Shown here: positions 44,151 through 55,380 of the stretch, one piece after another | Layout: each line of letters begins with the position of its first letter | Numbering within the stretch: position 1 is the first letter of the stretch | Assembly: GCF_009914755.1 (NCBI RefSeq) | Contig: NC_060947.1 | From: the human T2T-CHM13v2.0 reference genome, Homo sapiens | Direction: 5' to 3' (one strand) | DNA: 64,000 nt | Made by a program: the position numbers and the translations under genes | The notes under the pieces: generated by a model | Databases searched by the model: none | What the model saw: only the letters and a program-made list of their open reading frames with translations | Told to the model about the DNA's origin: nothing

Positions 44151-44724
44151 TGTTACAGTAGGTAGCTAGTCAGACATGAGCAGTGCAGGAGAGCCCCACC
44201 AAAACAGGAGTGTCAGGGGACCATCAAGTGATGGTCAGGCAGTTGATAGTCCCAGCCAGTGCCAGGGAAAGGTGGTCCCCCAATACATAGAAAAAACCTG
44301 AAGCTGGTGATCAGCAGCTTCCTAATAAGATCTCAGGAGCTGGGCGAGTTGGCTCAAGCATGCTCATTAAGAGGCAAAATGCCAGTTTAACTGGTGTATG
44401 ACTTTCTGGGGACATTTGACTGGTAAGGGAAGAATGCCTCAAGTAAGCATGTATACAACTCCATTAAACACACTGTACATGGGGCCACTCCCAAGTGCTA
44501 GCAGGCCACTGTGCATGCAGGCAGCCCATCCCAAGGGAAGAATCAGGGGAGAGAAAATTCAGATGCCAGAAGAATCCCAACTAATAAAACCCCAAGTCAA
44601 AAGTCAAGGCGTGCACTTGATCTCTTAAGTCACCTATTTGGCCCTCTTCCAAGTGTACTCTACTTCCTTTCATTTCTGCTTTACAGCTTTTTAATAAATT
44701 TTCACCCCTGCTTTAAAACTTGCA
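44151..44724 (+). mobile_element. MER50 LTR, 3'-truncated
   Basis: tgttacagtaggtagctagtcagacatgagcag ... aataaattttcacccctgctttaaaacttgc. Confidence 0.85.
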
Positions 44725-44732
44725 CTAAGGTA

Positions 44733-45442
44733 TGTTACTGATGGTGAATTTGTACATGTCTGCAGCAACCTCAATTCTTGCCTTCTCAGAAGAAAGAATT
44801 CAACTGAGAGGCATAAGGTAGAAGGAGAGACCGAGGTAAATTTTAGAGCAGGAGTGAAAGCGTATTAAAAAGCTTTAGATCAGGAATGAAAGGAAGTAAA
44901 GTATACTTGCAAGAGGGCCAGGCAGGTGACCTGAGAGATCAAGTGCCATGTTTGACCTTTGACTTAGGGTTTTATATGTTGGTGTACTTCCAGGGTCCTG
45001 CATCCCTTCTCCCCTGATTCTTCTCTTGGAGTGGGCTGTCTGCATGCTCAGTGGCCTGCCAGCACTTGGAAATGGCTGCATGCACAGTGTGTTTACTGGA
45101 GTTGTACACGTGCCCACTAGAGGTTTTCTTCTCTTACCAGTCCAATGTCCCTAGAAGGTCATATACCAGTTAAACTCTGCCATTTTGCCTCTTAATGCGC
45201 AAGCTTAAGCCCACTGGCCCAACTCCTGAGATCCTACTGGGAAGCTGCTGATTATAAGTTTCAGATGTTTTCTATCTATTGGAGGACTGCCTTTCTCTGT
45301 CACTGGCTGTGACCAAATATTATTTTAGAGAGATGGTTTAACAACTGCTTGACCATACCCTAATGGTTGCCTGACTTTCTTGATGGGGGTGGGGCGTCAC
45401 TCTCCTGCTGTGCTCATGTCTGACTAGCTATGTACTGCAACG
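44733..45442 (-). mobile_element. MER50 LTR, complete, inverted
   Basis: tgttactgatggtgaa ... ctcatgtctgactagctatgtactgcaacg; reverse complement of the preceding copy. Confidence 0.87.
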
Positions 45443-46011
45443 AGATCAGTGCTTTAGATATGTTGCAGACCCTGCACCTGATGGGTCAGCTGGCACCACC
45501 CAGATGGATAAACTGGCTTGTCTAGTCTTGTGGCTTCCACCCATGAAGGGACTCAGTGTATGAGGACAGCTTCAACTCCCTATGATTTCAACTGCCACCC
45601 AACCAATCAACACTCCAAACTCACTGGCCTCCACACCCACCAAAATATTCTTAAAAACTCTGATCCCTGAATTCTTAGGGAGACTGATTTGAGCAACAAT
45701 AAAACTCCAGTCTCCCGTGTAGCCAGCTCTGTGTGAATTAAACTTCCTCTATTGTAATTCCCTTGTCTTGATAAATCAGCTCTGTCTAGGCAGTCGGCTA
45801 GGTAAACTCACTGGGTGGTTACAATTCAGCCATTAGATTTATCAGTCCCAACAAGTTTTTATCAAATATTTGCATGAATGAACTGTAATACTCTCTTTCA
45901 TTGCTATAGAGCTTAACACTGGTTATCTGTGAGGTCTTGTATTACAATGGGAAGAGCACAGATTTGGGAAGCAGAATAAGCTAGGTTTAACTCTGACTCT
46001 TCTACTTCTGC

Positions 46012-46412
46012 CATTATCAGCCAGGAGGGCTGAATTATCCTACAGTAACAAATAACTCCAAATTCCCAGTGACAAACAGAAATGTATACAACCTATGACT
46101 TAGACCAAGAACATAGACTAAGAATGCATATAGTTAGCAGGCTTCTCTTGGATTTTCATGACAAGAGAAAAAAGTTTGTTTCTCACTTTTGCTATATGTC
46201 CAATCCATATTGGCCGGGAACCTCTGCTTTATCTTGGCATATGGTTTTATTATCACCACTGCAGAGGGAAGGGAATACGGTGAATCATGTAATGGCTTTA
46301 CAGAATTCCACAAGCCTACCCTTAGCTTCAAACAAGGTTGGGAAGTACAATCCTACCATGTTTCTGGAAGAAGAGGAAATGGAATATTTGTGAGTAGCTT
46401 TAATGACTACCA
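46012..46412 (-). mobile_element. Old MaLR LTR (MLT1K-like) within a MIR
   Basis: cagtaacaaataactccaaattcccagtg ... ggaatatttgtgagtagctttaatgactacca. Confidence 0.6.
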
Positions 46413-46639
46413 TATTATCCATATATTCATAGGAACATGGAATAATTTACCATTTCTGGGCCTATTTCCTAATTTCTAAAATGGGTCAGCTATACCTCTT
46501 TTGCATATTTTGCATGACTGTTAAATAAAATAACATGCTTAAAATATCCAGAACTATCCCTGGCCTAACAGGTGCTCAAGCATAACACTTTCCCCTCTGT
46601 CTGTTAGAGGTGTCTTCTTTTTTATAGCATCCTAAACAG

Positions 46640-46900
46640 CCAGCCTAATAGGTCCTCCACAGGACAACCTTTTGAATATTTAAAGATAATATTCCTATCT
46701 GCACACAATTCTTCTCTTCTCCAAGCTAAACACCCCAGTTCCTTCAATGATTCCTCATATGCCATGTGTTTGAATACCCTTATCATTTTCGTCCCTCCCC
46801 TCTGACCTTTATTCGGGTTTGTCGCTGCTTCTTTTTAGAGTGATAATCATATCTGAGCACAGGCTCTCAATTCTAGCCTCATCAGCATAGGTTACAGTTG
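46640..46900 (-). mobile_element. L3/CR1 fragment
   Basis: tcttctcttctccaagctaaacaccccagttccttcaatgattcctcata. Confidence 0.7.
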
Positions 46901-46948
46901 GGACTATAAACAAACAGCCTCACGTCATGTTTCTCTTCACATAATAAG

Positions 46949-47379
46949 TGTATTAGGTTCTCTAGAGGGACAGAATTAATGGAATATATATATATGACTT
47001 TATTAAGTATTAACTTACATGATCACAAGGTCCCACCATAGGCCATCTGCAGGCTAAGGAGCAAGGAGAGCCAGCCCAAGTTCCAAAACGGAAGAACTTG
47101 GAGTCCAATGTTCGAGGGCCGGAAGCATCCAGCACAGGAGAAAGATGTAGGCTGGAAGGCTAGTCCAGTCTCTCTTTTCACATTTTTCTGCCCATTTATA
47201 TTCTAGCCACACTGGCAGCTGATTATATTGTGCCCACTCAGGTTAAGGATGGGTCTGCCTTTCCCAGCCCACTGACTCAAATGTTAATCTCCTTTGGCAA
47301 CAACCTCACAGACACACATAGGATCAATACTTTGTATCCTTCTATCCAATCGAGTTGACATTCAGTATTAACCATCACA
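46949..47379 (-). mobile_element. MLT2A1-like (HERV-L) solo LTR
   Basis: tgtattaggttctctagagggacagaa ... attaaccatcaca; TSD ataag/ctaag. Confidence 0.88.
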
Positions 47380-47461
47380 CTAAGTACATTTAGGGAAGTC
47401 ATATTATACTCAGAATGTAGAAAAATATATGGTTGGAAGGAAGAAATTGGAAGTCATTTAA

Positions 47462-47610
47462 GCCAGTGGTCCTAATTATATATCTGTGACCCAGCAACAT
47501 AAGATTCACTTGTAGATTTTTTTTTCTTAAGGAGACATCCACAGGTCCCACTCCCAGCACCATTGGATCTACTGGGTCAAGTTTCCAAGGTCTTGGGTAG
47601 AGCTCCAGGA
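47462..47610. mobile_element. MER5-like fragment
   Basis: cagtggtcctaa..ccagcaacataagattcactt..caggtcccactcccag. Confidence 0.5.
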
Positions 47611-48148
47611 ACTGGTGCATGGACAGGATTGAGAAGAACTCTGTAGCATCCTCATAGGCTTTCTTGACTTTATATCTTAGACTTGTTCCAAATATTGACA
47701 TATGGACCAAATATGGTGCAGAACCCCTGGAATGACCATTAAAAATTGTTTCTAGAGCTTTCCCTCAAATTATAGAATCAGAAATCCTGGGAATTTGTCT
47801 CAGAAATCTGTACTTACAACAAATACTTTAGATGGGTCAAATGTGCAGCTAGGTCCAGTTCAATCTTCTATTGAATGCTTGGACCTATCAACAATCTTGC
47901 CAAGACATTTTATAGAAAATATCACACTGAGGTTAATTAGGCACTTACACAGTGGACCAATCACAGATTAATCCAAGAACACAGGAGATATATATACATA
48001 TATATATATATGTATATATCTGTATTCTCCTATATCTTCATGGCCTGTAACAGAATCATGGAATTGTAAGCGTTCAGTGTTAGAAGGGACTTGAGATTCC
48101 AATTAGTCAGCATTTCCCACAGTATGATCTATGGCACACAAGACTCTT

Positions 48149-49297
48149 TTTGTTTTTTTGTTTGTTTGTTTGAGAAATCTTTTATTAGAAGATGTCCCAG
48201 AAGGCAATATTTTAAAATCAGGCAATCAGTAATCACAGCTAAATACAAAATTTCAGGTGAACTTGCCTCTCAAAATAAATCAGACACTTGCAACAGGAGA
48301 ATTGCCCATGAGTTTTTTCTTGTACAAAAGCAGTTAACACCACTTCCCGAAAGGCATACAAAAATACAATATATAAAAAAGAAGATTCCTCCCAGCATAC
48401 TACTCAACAGCAGCTTATAAAACTCAGGTGAGACATCAGTAACCTACACCCAAACTATCCTCCACAGACAGTTCCAGAAGTCAGCTGGCTTTTGTAAACC
48501 ATGCTCCAGAAGGGTAGAAAGGCTATTTCCAAACATCCCCTGGGGCCCTTTGAGGCCAAGAAACAACCTCAGAAAGAAACCATTATGGACAATAGATTTG
48601 GAAGTAGCGGCTGTTTTTCCAGAGCCACATATAGTACTTACCACCCGCTACCCACCCCAGCTTCCAAACCCAGAGCCAGGAGGCTCCTGCTGTCCTGAGC
48701 AGAGTTCTGGAGGGGCTGCTGGTCATTCTTCCAGGTCAGGCTTAGAGGTGCTTGAGGTTACCCACATGACAACTGCTAGGTTGGGTGACTTTCCCAGACT
48801 GGAGGCTGCACCTGGATTCCACGTGAAGCTGCCGAGTCCAGTTGGGGCAAAATCCATCATGGTTGGTTAAGCATATCTCCTGGAGTCTCCTTTAAAACCC
48901 ACGAGAAGCAAGTCCACCTTCTGGAGCACTGGATGAGTCCCAACGGCTCTCCCCAAAACTTCAGAAAGGCCCAGATTCTGGGAAAGAGATCTGATTCATG
49001 GCAGGCTGGCGGGGGCCCAAGGGTGGCTGCAGAGCCAGCAAGCTCCTTGGAGTTGCATGAGAAGGACAGGTTTGCATGGTTGCAGAACAACTTTAAACTC
49101 GCCAGTCAAGGATTGAGATGAGAGGCAGGTGGGAAAGAGGAGGCAGTGCCGTTCTCCCTCTGAGGTGTCTTACACCTGCCTCGAGCAAAGATTGGGCCTC
49201 AAGTGCCCCCCCCCGGAAAACACCTGGGCAGGGATCAAGTTCGTGGGCCAGGACTCCAAGCTTTCCCAAGGACCCAGGCTAGGACCCATTTCCCTGC
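48149..49297 (-). pseudogene. Processed retrocopy of an mRNA 3' end (3'UTR-like, ~1.1 kb)
   Basis: Degenerate poly(A) at 48149-48171; AATAAA at 48181-48186 on minus; perfect 14-bp TSD cacacaagactctt (48135-48148, 49298-49311); TT/AAGA L1-endonuclease site; body not recognised as a TE. Confidence 0.85.
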
Positions 49298-49470
49298 CAC
49301 ACAAGACTCTTAAAAATGGAATTACTAAGTTAAATTAGATTGGGAAACGTGGAATATTATATCATATATCTTGGTGTATTAACCTGCACATTTGCACAAT
49401 GACTACTTTGAGAAGTCCTACATAGATAAACCAGTTTAATTTTACTAAAATTAACACTTTTAAAAATTAT

Positions 49471-49820
49471 GATTTTAATATGCTTTTACCAGTTTCAGCC
49501 TTCTAAGTAGGTAGGCTTCTAGGTATTCTGCAGATCGCTAGTGGTCTCGATTACCATTAATATATGTTTGTACTATATTATTTTTCAACTGAATCGCAGT
49601 TGGAAAAAAAATCTTTAATATTATGCGCTTGGGTCTGTTACTGCATCCCTAGCACTTGTGATGCAATAGGACCCTTGGCCTGTACTAAAAGGGCCAAGAG
49701 TAAATGCCTTGTTTTTTGTTGTTGTTAAAAATGTCTACAAAGTTGGCAGTCAATGCTGAATTTGTCAAATAGCCCTTCCAGAAGTATACTTGTATTTAAA
49801 AAATAAATGGATCTACCTAA
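49471..49820 (+). pseudogene. Second short processed retrocopy (3'UTR-like, ~350 bp)
   Basis: AATAAA at 49802-49807, short A run, 9-bp TSD aaaaattat (49462-49470, 49821-49829) preceded by TTTT (TT/AAAA site). Confidence 0.7.
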
Positions 49821-50079
49821 AAAAATTATTAGAGCACAGAACCCTTCAAAAATATCACCCATTAGCCTAAACAATTAGTGTTCTCTGGAATAATTTTGGG
49901 AAACAATGATCTTGGGCATTGTTCATCTGATGTATGAATACCTTATCCAGTTTTCTGGCAAGAACTTACTAGAGTTGGAGGCTAATAATTCCATTTTTGC
50001 CACCTCTGTTCATATATGCATCAGCATATCTTGTTCTGTCTCTTGTATCACCTTAGTTCAGATCATATAATTTATACAT

Positions 50080-50325
50080 AGAGGCAACACAACAGAGTGA
50101 AATGCATGTGAAATTCACTGTCAGAAGTCCTAGGTTTGAATCTTGGCTCTACCAGCTATTAACTATATTACCTTAGACATTATTTAGGCTTCCTGAACAT
50201 CATTCTTTCTATATATACAAAATTAATATAATAACACTCTTCTTACAAGGAGTATTGAGAAGTAAGATAATACATGTGAAAAGCTTAGCACAGTGCCCAG
50301 AAAGGTAACACTCAAATAATGGCAG
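50080..50325 (+). mobile_element. MIR
   Basis: gtcagaagtcctaggtttgaatcttggctctacca ... gcttagcacagtgcccag. Confidence 0.75.
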
Positions 50326-51369
50326 TATTCGTTTCATTCACAGATGAGAATGCAAAATGCTTATTTTCAATAAAGAATGAAGGAAATCCTGTCTTGCACT
50401 CACCACATTGCAGCCCACCCCCATATACAAACTTCCCCCTTTCCCCAGTGCTATCCCGCCAGATTCATGTCTGACTTATACAAATCCATGTTGGTCTGAA
50501 ATTCACATTCTGACAAGTTTCATTTTAATAAAAACAAATCTATTGACCCTATTATTCCCTAGTATGTTATTTTGGAACAATAAATAATACAATACAATGT
50601 AAGGACACTAATCTCTCAAGAAGACATGACAAATGAAGAAGCACTAAAGCAAAATAAACTTTGTGGAGTTAGCCATAGATGTTGAAGACACTATTATAAG
50701 AACTTGTATGCTATGTGAAAAGACATTCCTTGGGAAATGGTGACTATTTCCCAAGAGGAAATAGTCAGTGGCGACTTTAGTAAATAGAAACTGCTGGTAA
50801 GATTACTGACTCATTAGCACTCTACACTTTTACACGAAAGCCAAGTTAATAGGCCATTCCACATCTAAAACATATGGCTGCTATACAGTGAAATAAAGGG
50901 TGGTAGAGAGGTGATTATGGTGATATCTATATATTAGCAAAGCCAAGCTAGAACATGTTGTCCAAAAAGCAGTGCAGCTGCTCCCATAAAAGAAAACAAA
51001 ACAGAACAAAAGCAAGGGAGTTTTAAAATGCAAGCTCTGTCACTAGTTAGCTCTAACCTTATGAGGTGTTTACATTCTTTGAGAATTGGTTTTCTTCTCC
51101 ATGAAATGGGTATTGCAGGTGAGGTTTTTTTTCCTATTATTTTGTTTTGTTATTTGTTTTTTATTATCTTTGAGTCAAAATTCTGAAGGCTTCCAAACAA
51201 TGGGATTAGTTTAAATAGTTTTGAAATGATCATTTATTTTTAAAATCACAAAATTGTCAAATAACATAAATAGGTAGTTAAAATAGCTGGTACCCCCAGG
51301 AAAAGATTATTAGCTTTAATTATAGTTTAAAATATAAAAGTTAATATAGCAAGGAGATATTTTTTTTAC

Positions 51370-52250
51370 ACATTGAAATGGTAAACATATAAAACAAAAT
51401 TATTGGAATATAAAGTTTGTGTGGGTGTGGGTAAACTGGGACTCCCATATAACGCTAATGGAAGAATAAAATGGTATAACTTATTGGAGGTAAATTTGGC
51501 AGTACTGATCGATATTTGAGTACATAGTCCTTTTAACACAGGAATTCTGCTTGTCAAAAATTATTATATCAATATGTTCATAAGTGTGGGCAAATGCAGT
51601 TTGGGAAAGGATTTTCTTTACAGTAATGCTTCTAATAACAAAAGACTGAAAGCTTCAGTGTTTTTCAGTAGGAGACTGGTTATATAAATTATGCTACCCT
51701 GTAAAAATATAAAGCCATTACAAAGAACCGAGGTAGATATACCTTACATAAAAAGAAATAAAGAAGGTGTAGATTAATTCATATTTAATGATCACTTACT
51801 GAGTGAATGTGCTATTAATTATTTATTAATTCCCTTACTCTTTATATCAATACTTATGAGGCAGGCTGTATTATCACCCCCATATCACATATGAGGAATT
51901 TGAGATAAAAGTTTCAGTGACAAGGCCAAATTCAAACAGCAAAAGAACTAGGAGATATAACCCCGGGGAGTCTGGCTTCCAAGACTGCACTATATTAACT
52001 ACTATGCTTTGCTTCCTCTTCTTAAATAGAGCCTTCTGTATTCTTCCTTTTGATTAAAACACAAATGAAAATATGTACAAATGCCTGGATATGACTACAA
52101 AAGTCCTGGAAAGATATCCAAGAAACCGAGAGCAGTGGTTGTCAGTAGGGAGCAGGGATAAGACTGTGGGTGAGAGGAAGACTTAATATGGGTGATATAT
52201 CTTTGTTTTTGTTTGTTTTGTTTTGTCTTTATTTCTCACCTGTATTACTT
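51370..52250 (+). mobile_element. Old L1M 3' fragments with an intervening MIR (~51830-52010)
   Basis: aaaatggtataacttattggaggtaaatttggcagta; gtaggagactggttatataaattatg. Confidence 0.6.
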
Positions 52251-52574
52251 TTGACCAAATAATAACTACAAAGGCATCTAGCTTTTTAAGGGAAGAATAA
52301 AATAAAATAATACCCACATTCAGGGGACTGAGGCCTGGAGAAATGAAGGGACACACTGAGTTCAAGGAGATAATTAATTGTTGAGTAAGAACCATCACCC
52401 TTATCTGTTTGAGTTTTCTTTCAGCTTTCTTATCCCACTTGTCTTTGACCCTCAGGGACTCTTCTTGTCACAGATAAGAGAAAGACTTCAGTTTCACTGT
52501 TATTATTTTATTTTTTTATAACAATAACATATTTTAATTAAAGAAATACTATGTTTAAAATTCCATTATAACAT

Positions 52575-55380
52575 TAGCAGAAAAAATTCAACAGCACAGT
52601 AAAAGAATTATACACCATGACCAAGAGGAATTAACTCCTGGTATTCAAGAAGGGGTCAATATATGCAAATCTATAAATGTGATATACCACATTAACACAA
52701 TGAAATATGAAAACCATATGGTCATTTCAATAAATGCAAGAAAAGCATCTGACAAAATTCTACATCCCTTTATGATAAAACTCTCAACAAATTAGGTATA
52801 AGAAGGAACGTACCTGAACACAAAAAAGGTCATATACGACAAGCCCACAGGTCACTTCATTATCGATGATGAAAAACTAAAAGCTTTTCTCTAAGATCAG
52901 TAACAAGACAAAGATGCCCACTCTTGCCACTTCTATTCAACATAGTCCCTATGGTTTAAATGTGTTTCTCTAAAGTTCATGTGTTGGAAACTTTATCCCC
53001 AATGCAACAGTGTTAAGAAGTGGGACTTTTAAGAGATGACTGGGTCATGAAGGCTCTGCCCTGTGAATAGATTAATGGTACTATTACAGGAACTGGTTAG
53101 TTAACTTGGGAGTAGTTTCCTGATAAACAGGATAAATTCCACTCCCTTTAATTCTTGCTCTCCCTCTCACCCTCTCTTGCCTTAATATCTTCTGCCATGG
53201 GATAATGTGGAATGAAGTTCCTTACCTGATGTCTTCACAGCCTCCAGAACTGTGAGCCAAATAAACTTTTGTTCTTTGTAAATTACCCAATCTGTGATAT
53301 TCTGGTATAGCAATATGAAATGGACTAAGAAAATAGTAGTAGAAGTCCTAGCTAGAGCAATTAGGTAAGAGAAAAAAAATGCATCCAAATCAGAAAGGAA
53401 GAAGTGAAATTATCTCTGTTTGCAGATGACGTGTTCTTATACATAGAAATCCTAAAGACCCCACCCCAAATCTCTTAATACTGACTTAAAATCTCAGTGA
53501 AGTTGCAGGATACACAATGAACAAAAAAAAGTTCTGTTCTTATATATTAAAAGCAAATAATCTGAAAAGAAAATTAGGAAGACAACTCTATTTACTATAG
53601 TGTCAAAAAATAAGATACTTAAGAATACGATACTTAGGAATAAACTAAAGAAGTAAAAAGACTTGTACACTGAACACTACAAAACATTGGTGAATGAAAT
53701 TAAAGAAGACACAATCAAAAGGGAAAATATTCTGTGTTCACGGTTTAGAAGACTTAATATTGTCAAATTGACCATACTACCTAAAGTGATCTACAGATTC
53801 AATTTAATCCCTATGAAAATCCCAATGGCAATATTTACAGAAATAGAAAAAAAAACAATTCTAAAATTCATGCACATATGCAAAGAAATCTGAATAGCCA
53901 AAACAGTCTTGAGAAAGCAGAAAAAAGCTGAAAGCATCACACTTTCTGATTTGCAAATATATTACAAAGCTGCTGTAATCAAAACAATATGGTGCTGGCA
54001 TAATAAAGACAGATATACAAGACCAATGGAGCAAAATAGAAAGTCTGGAAATAAACCCCCACATATATAGTCAACTTATTTATGTTCGTTTGTTTCACTG
54101 CTCCAGTCAAGAGAGAAGTCAACTGATTTTTGATAAAGGTACAAATAATAAATTATAGGGAAAGGATAATCTCTTTAAAAAATGGTGTTGGAAAAACTGG
54201 ATATCCACATGCAAAAGAATGAAATCAGACCCTTATCTTACACCATACACACACAAAAAAACTCAAAATGGACTAAAGACTTAAATCCAAGACTTGAAAC
54301 TGTAAACTCCCAGAAGACGACATGAGGGAAAGCTTTGTGACAGTAGTCTCGGCAATGATTTAAGAGACATGACATTAAAAGCACAGGCAACAAAAGAAAA
54401 AATGGACAAGTAGGACTACATCACACCAAAAACCTGCTACAAAGCAAAGGAAACAATATAGTTGAAGAGGCAACCTATGAATGGGAAAAATATTTGCAAA
54501 CCATATAGTTGAAAAGAGGTTAATATCCAAAATATATTAGAAACTCACATAACACAACAGCTAAAACTGATAGCCCAATTAAAATATGGTCTAAAGACTT
54601 GAATAGACATTTCCCCAAAGAAGACATACAAATGACCAACAGGTACATTAAAAGATGCTCAATGTCACTAATAATCATAACAATGCAAATCAAAACCAGA
54701 AGGAGATACCACCTCGCAACTGTTAGGATGGCTATTATTAAGAAAAAAGGAAAAAGACAAAAAGCGCTGGAAAGGATGGTGAGGAACTGGGACCCTTGTA
54801 CACCGTTGTGGTAATGCACAATGGTGCAGCTGCTATTAAAAACAGTTTGGAGATTCCTTTAAAAAATTAAAAATAGAACCACTATGTGATCCTGTAATCT
54901 CACCTCTGTTTATTTGTACAAAAGAATTAAAATCATGATTTCAAAGAGATATTTGCACTTCCATGTTCACTGCAGCCTTATTCACAGTAGCCAAAATGTA
55001 GAAACAACCTAAATGTCTATCAACAGATGAATGGATAAATAAATTTTAATATATACATACAAGGGAGTATTATTTGGTTTCAAAAATATGGAAATTTTGC
55101 CATATGCAACAACATGAATGAACCTGGAGGACATTATGCTAAGTGAAATAAATCAGTCACAGAAAAACTAATACTGCATGATTCCACTTATATGAAGTAT
55201 CTAAAATAGTCAAATTTATAGAAGCAGAGTAGAATGGTAGCTGTCAGGGGCTGAAGGTAGAGGAAAATGGGGAGTTTCTATTCAAGTGGTTTCAGTTTTG
55301 TCGCATGAATAAGTTCTAGAGATCTGATGTCCAGAATTGTTTCTGTACTTAAGAATAGTGAAATGTAAATGCAAAAAATC
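52575..55380 (+). mobile_element. 5'-truncated L1 (L1MA/L1MB-like): RT through 3'UTR
   Basis: ctgtttgcagatgac (FADD motif), ORF2 peptides, 3'UTR atgaataagttctagagatctg. Confidence 0.88.
52947..53332 (+). mobile_element. MST-family solo LTR nested in L1
   Basis: ctatggtttaaatgtg ... tggactaaga; TSD atagt. Confidence 0.82.

Larger units (their letters stand above)
43796..45823 (+). mobile_element. LTR8-family solo LTR split by MER50 pair
   Basis: tgaaactgcc ... cctaagat|insert|agatcagtgc ... ggttaca; TSD attc (43792-43795, 45824-45827). Confidence 0.88.
48108..49908. mobile_element. hAT DNA transposon relic (MER112-like) broken into three pieces (48108-48148, 49312-49470, 49830-49908)
   Basis: Degenerate TIRs cagcatttcccacagtatga / taattttgggaaacaatg; internal ttgagaagtcctacatagataaaccagtttaatttt. 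Confidence 0.6.

Noticed and set aside
47987-48021. AT-rich palindrome
   Set aside because: Self-complementarity is inherent to a short (TA)n microsatellite.
48444-49338. Cluster of short ORFs as coding exons
   Set aside because: Overlapping frames on both strands in a GC-richer UTR-like retrocopy; no recognisable domain.
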